64,000 nt of DNA. Origin: a bacterium (GTDB lineage Bacteria; Omnitrophota; Gorgyraeia; Zapsychrales; Zapsychraceae). Numbering within the stretch: the stretch's first letter is position 1; every line of letters begins with the position of its first letter. Shown here in pieces: positions 42,406 through 49,917 of this stretch. Both the position numbers and the translations under genes were made by a program. The stretch spans positions 65,014 to 129,013 of the forward strand of contig JAUIER010000001.1 in the NCBI GenBank assembly GCA_030429765.1, given 5' to 3'. Below the pieces are notes generated by a model that worked only from the letters and a program-made list of their open reading frames with translations, searched no databases and was not told the origin of the DNA.

Positions 42406-42451
42406 AGTCTGTTCCTTCGATATTTAAGTGAACCCATAGAGGTAGGGTCCG

Positions 42452-45133
42452 TTACGAAATCATTGGGTTCAATTTTTCAGGATTAATCTGAAGATCCTTG
42501 GCGGCCTGACTGAGGACGTCCTCTGACACCTTGCCTTGTTTGTACAGCAAACCAAGCGCACCGTAAACGATGTGACGATCATCGACTTCAAAGAAGTCTC
42601 TGAGCGCTTTACGTGACTCGCTTCGACCAAACCCATCCGTTCCCAAACTCAGTGACGGTCCGGGAACCCATCGGTGGATACCATCTGACAAGATCTTCAT
42701 GTTATCCGACGCGAAGACAAAGATATCGCCTTCGTCTTTGAGGCATTTGGTGACATAAGGGATCTTCGGTGCTTCATTCGGGTTAAGCACATTAAACCGT
42801 TCGGCATCAAGACCGTCCCGGCGAAGCTCGTTATAGCTGGTTACCGACCAGACATCCGCGGCGATCCCGTATTTATCTTCAAGGATCTGCTGCGCCGAAA
42901 GCACTTGATTGGTGATCGAACCGCTTCCGAATAGCTGTACTTTTGTCTTGGCATCCTTTTTCTCAGATGTCTTGAACTTGTACATTCCCTTGAGAATTCC
43001 ATCCCGGCAGCCTTCAGGCATTTTCGGCATTGCGTAGTTTTCGTTACCGACACTGAGATAGTAGAAGATATTTTCCTGTTTTTCGTACATGCGATGCATG
43101 CCTTCACGGATAATCACCGCGATTTCGTAGGCGAATGACGGATCGTAGGTGACACAGTTCGGAACCGAAGAGAGCAGTACATGGCTGTGGCCGTCCTGGT
43201 GCTGAAGCCCTTCACCGTTCAACGTTGTCCGGCCGGATGTCGCTCCAATCAGGAATCCACGGCATCGAGAGTCGGCGGCACACCAAATCAGGTCTCCGAC
43301 ACGTTGCGGTCCGAACATAGAATAGTAGATGTAGAATGGAATGGTGTTGATGCCCTGTGTTGAGTAGGCCGTACCCGCGGCGATAAAGGATGACATCGCG
43401 CCGGCTTCGTTAATACCTTCCTCCAGGATTTGTCCATCCACCGCTTCTTTGTAGTACAGCAGGCTATCGGCGTCTACCGGCTCATAAAGCTGTCCGACGT
43501 GAGAATAGATACCGCATTGACGGAATAAGGCTTCCATACCGAACGTACGCGCTTCGTCGGGAATGATCGGAACGATCAGTTTTCCGACTTCTTTGTCTTT
43601 CAAAAGCTTGGTGAGAATCCGGACGTAAGCCATTGTTGTCGAAACTTCGCGGCCGCTGGTTCCTTCATAGAATTCCTGGAAGAGCTCTTCGGAAGGAGGC
43701 GTCAGCGGTTTGCTGGTTTCATGACGGGACGGAACATATCCGCCCAGGGCCTTACGCCGTTCATGCATGTATTTCATTTCTTCCGAGTCGTCGGCCGGTT
43801 TGTAGAATGGCGCATCGGCGACTTCATCGTCGGAGATTGGAATGTTAAATCGTGTGCGGAATTGACGAAGCTCGTCTTCGTTGAGCTTCTTCTGCTGATG
43901 GGTGATATTTTTTCCTTCACCACTTTCGCCCAGTCCGTAGCCTTTGATGGTCTTGGCGAGGATGACGGTTGGCGCGCCTTTGAACTCAGTCGCGTTCTTG
44001 TAGGCCGCGTAAACCTTGCGGGGATCATGACCGCCACGTTTAAGGCCTTCGATGTCTTCATCGGAAAGATGCGAAACGAGTTTTTCCAGTTCCGGATACT
44101 TGCCGAAGAAATCTTTTCGGACAAAGTCACCGGACTCGACCGAATATTTCTGGAACTGCCCGTCGACACATTCGCCCATACGTTTAGGCAGCAAACCTTG
44201 AGTGTCGTCATCCAAGAGGGGATCCCAATCGCTTCCCCAAATGACCTTGAGGACATTCCATTGCGCGCCGCGGAACAGGGCCTCGAGTTCCTGAATGATC
44301 TTGGCGTTACCGCGCACCGGACCGTCCAGACGCTGAAGGTTGCAGTTGATGACAAAAATCAGGTTATCAAGTTTCTCACGCGAAGCGACCGTGATCGCGC
44401 CTAACGATTCCGGCTCGTCACACTCACCGTCACCCATGAATACCCATACCTTCGCGTCGTCTTTGGGCTTGAGCCCGCGGTCTTCGAGGTAGCGCATAAA
44501 TCGTGCCTGGTAGATCCCGCAGATCGGACCGAGTCCCATCGATACCGTCGGGAATTGCCAGAAGTTCGGCATCAACCATGGGTGAGGGTAGGACGATAAC
44601 CCTTGTTCGTCCTGAAGTTCCCGTCGGAAATTCAGCAAGTTCTGTTCGCTTAATCGTCCTTCGAGAAACGCGCGGGCGTATACACCCGGCGAACCATGTC
44701 CCTGAAAATAGACAAAGTCGCCGCAGAATTCTTCGGTTCGCGCGCGGAAAAAGTGATTGAATCCAACCTCCAAAAGCGTGGCTGAAGATGCGTACGTAGA
44801 AATGTGTCCTCCGATGCCGGCTTCGGCATGATTACCTTTGACAACCATCGCCATCGCGTTCCAGCGTACCAGACTTTTGATGCGCCGTTCGATCTCCCGG
44901 CTGCCGGGCATGGATGGTTCTTCTGTGTGATGGATGGTGTTGACATACGGTGTGTTCACCGTGAAAGGTAAGGTGACTCCGGCCGCCTGGGCACGAAGTT
45001 GGAGTTGGTGGAGGATTTTCTCCGCTTGTTCTACGGATCCGTGTTTGAGGACATAGTCTAGAGAAGACAGCCACTCGCGCACTTCAATATCGTCTACTTC
45101 AGTCGTGTTTTGGTTTACGCCATCTGGATTCAT
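42452..45133 (-). CDS. aceE: Pyruvate dehydrogenase E1, homodimeric
   Basis: SSYPHP, TVSMGLGP, GDGECDEPES, GEGLQHQDG. Confidence 0.97.
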   Translation of the reverse strand: MNPDGVNQNTTEVDDIEVREWLSSLDYVLKHGSVEQAEKILHQLQLRAQAAGVTLPFTVNTPYVNTIHHTEEPSMPGSREIERRIKSLVRWNAMAMVVKGNHAEAGIGGHISTYASSATLLEVGFNHFFRARTEEFCGDFVYFQGHGSPGVYARAFLEGRLSEQNLLNFRRELQDEQGLSSYPHPWLMPNFWQFPTVSMGLGPICGIYQARFMRYLEDRGLKPKDDAKVWVFMGDGECDEPESLGAITVASREKLDNLIFVINCNLQRLDGPVRGNAKIIQELEALFRGAQWNVLKVIWGSDWDPLLDDDTQGLLPKRMGECVDGQFQKYSVESGDFVRKDFFGKYPELEKLVSHLSDEDIEGLKRGGHDPRKVYAAYKNATEFKGAPTVILAKTIKGYGLGESGEGKNITHQQKKLNEDELRQFRTRFNIPISDDEVADAPFYKPADDSEEMKYMHERRKALGGYVPSRHETSKPLTPPSEELFQEFYEGTSGREVSTTMAYVRILTKLLKDKEVGKLIVPIIPDEARTFGMEALFRQCGIYSHVGQLYEPVDADSLLYYKEAVDGQILEEGINEAGAMSSFIAAGTAYSTQGINTIPFYIYYSMFGPQRVGDLIWCAADSRCRGFLIGATSGRTTLNGEGLQHQDGHSHVLLSSVPNCVTYDPSFAYEIAVIIREGMHRMYEKQENIFYYLSVGNENYAMPKMPEGCRDGILKGMYKFKTSEKKDAKTKVQLFGSGSITNQVLSAQQILEDKYGIAADVWSVTSYNELRRDGLDAERFNVLNPNEAPKIPYVTKCLKDEGDIFVFASDNMKILSDGIHRWVPGPSLSLGTDGFGRSESRKALRDFFEVDDRHIVYGALGLLYKQGKVSEDVLSQAAKDLQINPEKLNPMIS

Positions 45134-45306
45134 AAATCACCCTTTGTTGATTAAATATAAGACTTTATATAGAAATAAGTTTATTTTAGGCTCAATAATC
45201 TGGGTATTGTATTATGGTTTGTCGGAATGTGCAAGCAAATAATCGGCAGGAGCGCCCGGAATCTTTCAATTTGGCCTGATAGACAATTGTGCTATAATGG
45301 GCGGCT

Positions 45307-45768
45307 ATGGGACAGGCAATTATCTCCAACAAGAAGGCGTTTCGGGATTTTGAGATCCTGGACAAGTGGGAATGCGGCATCGAGCTCAAGGGCTCGGAGG
45401 TCAAATCCATTCGTGCGGGCCATGTGAACTTCAAAGATACCTTTGCCCGGGTCGAAAAAGGGGAGATCCTGCTTTACAGCCTGCACATAGATCCCTACAA
45501 ACAGGCCAGTTACGAAAATGTGGATCCGGACCGTGTCCGCCGGCTCCTGCTGCACAAGCGTGAGGTCCGAAAGATCGATAACGAGGTCACCCTCAAAAAT
45601 TACGCCCTGATTCCAACCAAGCTCTACTACAACAAACGCGGATTCGTCAAGGTCGAACTGGCCATGGGCAAGGGCCGAAAATTCTACGATAAGCGTGAGG
45701 TGATCAAGAAGCGTCAGATCGCCCGCGATCTCAACCGGGCCATCCGGACCGGTTCCCGCCGCCGCTAG
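45307..45768 (+). CDS. smpB: SsrA-binding protein
   Basis: NKKA, GIELKGSEVKSIR, RRLLLHKRE, GKGRK.YDKRE. Confidence 0.97.
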   Translation: MGQAIISNKKAFRDFEILDKWECGIELKGSEVKSIRAGHVNFKDTFARVEKGEILLYSLHIDPYKQASYENVDPDRVRRLLLHKREVRKIDNEVTLKNYALIPTKLYYNKRGFVKVELAMGKGRKFYDKREVIKKRQIARDLNRAIRTGSRRR

Positions 45769-45797
45769 GGGAGAGCCGGGGGACGGCTTGTAAATAA

Positions 45798-45813
45798 TGT
45801 ACTATATGGTACA
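45798..45813. promoter_or_regulatory. Palindromic operator 1, overlapping the tetR promoter
   Basis: TGTACTATATGGTACA between TTGTAA and TACAAT. Confidence 0.7.
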
Positions 45814-45821
45814 ATAAAAGT

Positions 45822-46439
45822 ATGACCAAATCCGCCACACCTAAAATTGATACCCGCACACGGATGATTCAGGCCGCGTTTGATCTGTTCCATCAACAGG
45901 GAGTGAACGCGACGAGTGTCGATGAAATCCTGGCCAAATCCGGCACCGGCAAAAGCCAGTTCTATCACTATTTTAAGAGTAAAGAGGATCTTGTTCATGC
46001 CGTGGTGGAGTCGTTCGGCGAGATGCTTAAGGCCCAAAAGCTGCCGTTGAAATATGAGATCGATTCGTGGGCCGACCTGGAAGAATGGTTTGGCGTATTT
46101 GTAAATCATCAGCGCCGCTCAGGCTGTTCCCGAGGCTGTCCGATGGCCACGATTGCCTATGAACTGACGGGGGATGACGAATTGATCCGTCAGGATATCA
46201 ACATGATCTGTGAATTGTCCCGCAAACCATTGCTCAAATTCTTTGTGACCGAACAGGCCCGCGGACATCTGGTAGACGGGGCTGATCCTGAAGCGTTAAC
46301 AGACTTTTGCTACACGATTATGCAGGGCGGGCTGATCCTTTCCAAGATTCAAAAAGACGCGGCCGGATTCGAACGTTCGGTGGAGCATGCCATCACTTAT
46401 CTGAAGACATTACGGAAGGTATCGGAAATTGATCGTTGA
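45822..46439 (+). CDS. TetR/AcrR-family regulator (NemR/LmrA-like)
   Basis: HTH with KSQFYHYFKSKEDL; RGCPM motif. Confidence 0.92.
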   Translation: MTKSATPKIDTRTRMIQAAFDLFHQQGVNATSVDEILAKSGTGKSQFYHYFKSKEDLVHAVVESFGEMLKAQKLPLKYEIDSWADLEEWFGVFVNHQRRSGCSRGCPMATIAYELTGDDELIRQDINMICELSRKPLLKFFVTEQARGHLVDGADPEALTDFCYTIMQGGLILSKIQKDAAGFERSVEHAITYLKTLRKVSEIDR

Positions 46440-46445
46440 CAAAAA

Positions 46446-46461
46446 TGTACTAAATAGTACA
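46446..46461. promoter_or_regulatory. Palindromic operator 2, within the gst promoter
   Basis: TGTACTAAATAGTACA between TTGACA (46436) and TACAAT (46458). Confidence 0.75.
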
Positions 46462-46500
46462 ATATGAGTAAGATTAATCTCATAACACAAGGAGAACAGA

Positions 46501-47142
46501 ATGCTTACGATTTATGCACTGACGATGTCACCCCCGGCACTCAAGGTTTTGTATGTGGCCAATGCCCTGGGGTTGGAATACGAGCAAAAAGGGGTCAAAT
46601 TGGCCGAAGGAGAGGGTCAGTCTGAACAATACAAGCGCATCCACCCGGCCGGTAAGGTCCCGGCGCTGGTTGACGGCGATTTTACCCTGTTTGAGAGCAA
46701 CGCGATTATCAAATATCTGGCGCGAAAGGCCGATTCAGCGCTGTATCCAGATGATCTCAAGAAACAAGCGATCATTGACCAATGGGTGGACTTTGTCAGT
46801 CAGCATATTCATAACGGCATCAGCCGCGTTTTATGGAACAAGATGATGGCGCCGAAGTTCGGATTTGATGTAGATGAGAATTCGATGAAATGCGGTTACG
46901 AGTTTCTGGAAAAATATCTGCCGATTGTCGACGCTCAGCTCGGCAAGACCAAATATCTGGCGGGAGATGAGATCTCAATTGCCGATTATATTCTGTTGGC
47001 CCATGTGGATCCTCTGGAGGCGATTGAAATTGACGTCAACAAGTATCCGAATCTGGCTCGCTGGCGCGAAGCGCTTCGAACACAGGACTTCTATCAACGG
47101 GTGCACAAGTTTTACGGTGAGGCCTTGATGGCGAAGGGATAG
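46501..47142 (+). CDS. Glutathione S-transferase family protein
   Basis: HPAGKVPAL.DG..LFESNAI..YL, YLAGD..SIAD. Confidence 0.93.
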   Translation: MLTIYALTMSPPALKVLYVANALGLEYEQKGVKLAEGEGQSEQYKRIHPAGKVPALVDGDFTLFESNAIIKYLARKADSALYPDDLKKQAIIDQWVDFVSQHIHNGISRVLWNKMMAPKFGFDVDENSMKCGYEFLEKYLPIVDAQLGKTKYLAGDEISIADYILLAHVDPLEAIEIDVNKYPNLARWREALRTQDFYQRVHKFYGEALMAKG

Positions 47143-47158
47143 ATTTATTGGTGTTAAC

Positions 47159-47197
47159 GGGTCAGACGGGTGGTCATGCCTGTCTGGCCCTTTTTTT
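47159..47197. terminator. Intrinsic terminator after gst
   Basis: GGGTCAGACGGG...CCTGTCTGGCCC stem followed by a T-run. Confidence 0.7.
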
Positions 47198-47603
47198 ATA
47201 GGTGAAATTTTTGACGGGCGATTTCAGCGACGGCGCGGCAGGCGTCGACGGTGGTGAAGATACCGACGATGTGCGAATTCTGTTTGATGATCACGCATCC
47301 GTAGTGATGCTCGGCCATTTCCTCACAGACCACATCGACGGGGGTGTCCGGATCGACCGAATAGACGTCGGTATGACAGATCGCCTCGCATAAAAGATGT
47401 TTGTCGGCCTGGACCAGGCACAACGCCAGGCGAATGTCCCGGTCGGAGATGATGCCGTACAATTGATCGTCGCGCGTGACGGGCAGATGACGGATATTTT
47501 GCTCATTCATTAGTTCGAGGGCTTCTTTGATAGGCTGTTCCGCTTTGACGACCAGCGGATCATAGGTCATGTACTTCTGAATAGGAGGGATGGATTTGCT
47601 CAT
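47196..47603 (-). CDS. CBS-pair domain protein
   Basis: IRHLPV, GIISDRDI, GIFTTVD. Confidence 0.9.
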   Translation of the reverse strand: MSKSIPPIQKYMTYDPLVVKAEQPIKEALELMNEQNIRHLPVTRDDQLYGIISDRDIRLALCLVQADKHLLCEAICHTDVYSVDPDTPVDVVCEEMAEHHYGCVIIKQNSHIVGIFTTVDACRAVAEIARQKFHL

Positions 47604-47613
47604 GATGCCCCCA

Positions 47614-48030
47614 TTATATCAGATAATTGAAGTTGGTGGGCTGATGAGGTGAAGTTTTTCGGATAAAGATATTTTCGAGCAGCTGATGCCCGCCGGTCAC
47701 CGGTTCGTCCGAATACTCCAGAAACGTGACGATGCGTCCCGTATCCCGGTAGAGCTCCTGTTCGTGGATCCGCCGCGTGACGGTGATCAGCTCGGCCTGG
47801 CCGATCCGCTCGGACATATCTCCCATCAGCGTGTAGCGGTACTCGGTGAATCCCATTCGACGGACAATCCGCAGCGAACACACCAAGAAATGACCTTCAT
47901 CTTGGTCCGGTTGATCATATGGCAGACGTTTGATGTGGATTTGCAGATGCCCGTCGATAGTAATGGGATTTGTGGTCATACCTAAATTATAAACCTCCTG
48001 CAAGTATTTGCCATGAGTAGACATACGCAT
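47614..48030 (-). CDS. Hypothetical protein, start uncertain
   Basis: Co-directional ORF ending 10 bp before the CBS gene; no motif recognised. Confidence 0.5.
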   Translation of the reverse strand: MRMSTHGKYLQEVYNLGMTTNPITIDGHLQIHIKRLPYDQPDQDEGHFLVCSLRIVRRMGFTEYRYTLMGDMSERIGQAELITVTRRIHEQELYRDTGRIVTFLEYSDEPVTGGHQLLENIFIRKTSPHQPTNFNYLI

Positions 48031-48078
48031 CCGGGTGGGTAGTTTTACCTATCCGTCTGGAGGCCGGATATTTAGCAT

Positions 48079-48107
48079 TTGCCAAGTTCCAGAGCATCGA
48101 CTATACT
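48079..48107 (+). promoter_or_regulatory. Probable ssrA promoter, located upstream of the repeat array
   Basis: TTGCCA-17 bp-TATACT, 8 bp before the first leader copy. Confidence 0.65.
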
Positions 48108-48311
48108 TATAGACTGTTCTTTAAAAATTTGGGGGTGATCTGGTTCTGCTTCGTTTCCGACATTTTGAATTGGAGTTTTGAAATGTCGTTAACTTCGCAG
48201 GAACTAGTTCGAAGCAGAAATTCTTCGAAGCTCCTAGAGTATTTTCTGATCAAGCATAGAAGATTCTAAGCTTGATCATCCGTTCTTTAAAAATTTGGGG
48301 GTGATGTGGTT

Positions 48312-48840
48312 CTGCTTCGTTTCCGACATTTTGAATTGGAGTTTTGAAATGTCGACAACTTCGCAGGAACTAGTTCGAAGCAGAAATTCTTCGAAGCTCC
48401 CGGTTTTTTATATTGTGTAGCGAAGAAGATTATAGAGCTATCCTTAATCTATGCATATGCGCATAGCTCCAAAAGGTAGAGAGGAGAATGTGCCATGCAG
48501 TATGTATACGTGTTGGTTAGCCAAGTAAATAAATCAAAAATCTATATTGGCAGAACTGAAGATCTAGATTCTCGCTTTAGACAGCACAATTCTGGTCAAG
48601 GCGATTATTCAAGGCGCTGGAAACCTTGGCAAATTGAGACCTATATTGCCTTTTCATCAGAATCATTGGCAGTCAAATTTGAAAAGTATCTCAAGGGTGG
48701 ATCGGGCTTTGCTTTTCTAAAGAAAAGATTTTTACCTGAGATTGATTCTTAAATATATTGAAGTTTGCAATCCTTGTGCTCGAAGATTCAATCCTTCGAA
48801 GCTCCCGGGTTGTATTATTGTGTAGCGAAGAAGATTATTT
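48312..48840 (+). mobile_element. Putative GIY-YIG-encoding element inserted at the tmRNA 5' end
   Basis: Bounded by 30-bp direct repeats; ORF flanked by 45-bp direct repeats (48389-48433 and 48794-48838). Confidence 0.6.
48495..48752 (+). CDS. Small stand-alone GIY-YIG nuclease (SLX1/UPF0213-like)
   Basis: YVYVL...IYIG.T.DL..R..QHN.G, PW, A..FE.YLK; GAGGAG RBS. Confidence 0.92.
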   Translation: MQYVYVLVSQVNKSKIYIGRTEDLDSRFRQHNSGQGDYSRRWKPWQIETYIAFSSESLAVKFEKYLKGGSGFAFLKKRFLPEIDS

Positions 48841-49117
48841 GTTCTTTAAAAATTTGGGGGTGATCTGGTTCTGCTTCGTTTCCGACATTTTGAATTGGAG
48901 TTTTGAAATGTCGACAACTTCGCAGGAACTAGTTCGAAGCAGAAATTCTTCGAAGCTCCTAGAGTATTTTCTGATCAAGCGTAGAAGATTTTAAGCTTGA
49001 TCATCCGTTCTTTTAAAATTTGGGGGTGATGTGGTTTCGACTTGAGATGTTTGAGTCTTAGGTGGCATGCCGAGGAAGTCTGGTTGGCCTCGTTAATCAT
49101 CCGGACAAACAATAAAT

Positions 49118-49207
49118 GGTAACGATTCAACGTTAACATTCGCAGACTTTGAAAGAGAAACTGAGAATTCAGTGGCTCCTCAAGGTTTCGCACCTGTATT
49201 AGCTTAA
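49118..49207 (+). other. tmRNA tag reading frame (A)GNDSTLTFADFERETENSVAPQGFAPVLA*
   Basis: Resume codon follows AATAAAT just downstream of pk1; the stop lies in the TTAGCTTA...TAAGCTAA hairpin. Confidence 0.8.
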
Positions 49208-49413
49208 GAATAAGCTAATCCCTTATACAAATCATGTCTGTGGATTTGTATAAGGACCTTTACAGACTAGCGCAGTTGAGGTCTAGGCGACTGTTGCGAA
49301 ATTTTTAGACTGGCCGTCGGTAATCCTGTGCATTGGAGTGCAGGCGGTAAGATTAATAAATGTACTAAGCATGTAGAGGCTTAAGGCCGGCTCGTTAAGG
49401 ACCGGGGTTCGAT

Positions 49414-49665
49414 TCAAAGGAGTCGACTTTTGGAGTAATCCAGAATGCTAAACTTGGCTTACATCAAGGAAGCCCAATTCTCAAACCTTATCTTGCGAAG
49501 GGTAATCTTGAGGGGTGAAAGCCCTGCAGAGACTTCTCCGGAAGGAGAGATGAAAGGCTCTACCAATATTGGTAAATCTATGCCTTTCATAATACGCCAA
49601 GCTCCTCGACGAATGTTGAGGATGAAGAGATAGTCCATGCTGATCGGGTAACGATCAGATTAGTG
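49414..49665 (+). mobile_element. ORF-less group I intron (IA-type) in the tmRNA T-loop, 252 nt
   Basis: P1 with U.G (TCGAT/GTCGA), terminal G, P3 CTTGGC/GCCAAG, R GCAGAGACT, S AAGAGATAGTCC, P7.1/P7.2, P8, P9. Confidence 0.93.
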
Positions 49666-49688
49666 TCCCCGCACCTCCACTTTAAATT

Positions 49689-49734
49689 AAAGGCCTTGTA
49701 AATTGTTGTTTTATAATAATTTACAAGGCCTTTT
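49689..49734 (+). terminator. Long hairpin terminator after ssrA
   Basis: AAAGGCCTTGTAAATTGTT...AATAATTTACAAGGCCTTTT. Confidence 0.8.
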
Positions 49735-49917
49735 GTTTTTTAAAATGTTTTAGTGCCCAAACAGTGCCCAAATCAATCCAAAACATCGGTAAACAAATCT
49801 AACACTATATTACTACGAACATTTACCCTACCTTTCCGATCTCCTTTTTGTTAACATATTTCAATCATAAAAAGTGGCTCAATTTTCGGGGGACGCTTAA
49901 CTATAGGGGAAATTAAC

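Larger units (their letters stand above)
48116..49036 (+). repeat. Array of four 30-bp ssrA-leader/5'-end copies (48116, 48282, 48841, 49007) separated by three related structured inserts
   Basis: GTTCTTTWAAATTTGGGGGTGATSTGGTT-type sequence four times; 48116-48311 is nearly identical to 48841-49036; an approximately 89-bp core follows the first three copies. Confidence 0.95.
49022..49680 (+). ncRNA. ssrA: tmRNA, intron-containing (exons 49022-49413 and 49666-49680)
   Basis: 5' GGGGGTG pairs with 3' CACCTCC (G3.U); TTTCGAC; GCATGC/GCATGT; pk1 CGAGG/CCTCG and GTCTGG/CCGGAC; T-arm CGGGG-TTCGATT-CCCCG after splicing; smpB nearby. Confidence 0.95.

Noticed and set aside
205-45074. Many overlapping shadow ORFs (for example 899-1519, 5671-6390, 12216-12941, 43721-44404)
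   Set aside because: They are antisense or off-frame to well-supported genes and show no recognisable motifs.
48758-48994. 78-aa ORF
   Set aside because: It is a translation of the non-coding repeat unit, with a TTG start and no recognisable motif.
48116-49036. CRISPR array interpretation of the 30-bp repeats
   Set aside because: The intervening sequences are 136-529 bp and homologous to each other rather than unique spacers; the repeat is the ssrA leader and 5' end; no cas genes are in the window.
48975-49193. 72-aa minus-strand ORF
   Set aside because: Antisense to the tmRNA with no coding features.
49445-49633. 62-aa ORF inside the intron as a homing endonuclease
   Set aside because: It runs through the catalytic core helices and has no LAGLIDADG, HNH or GIY-YIG motif.
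49014-49680. Permuted two-piece tmRNA
   Set aside because: The 5' acceptor strand, tag region and 3' end are in standard order; the interruption is explained by the intron.
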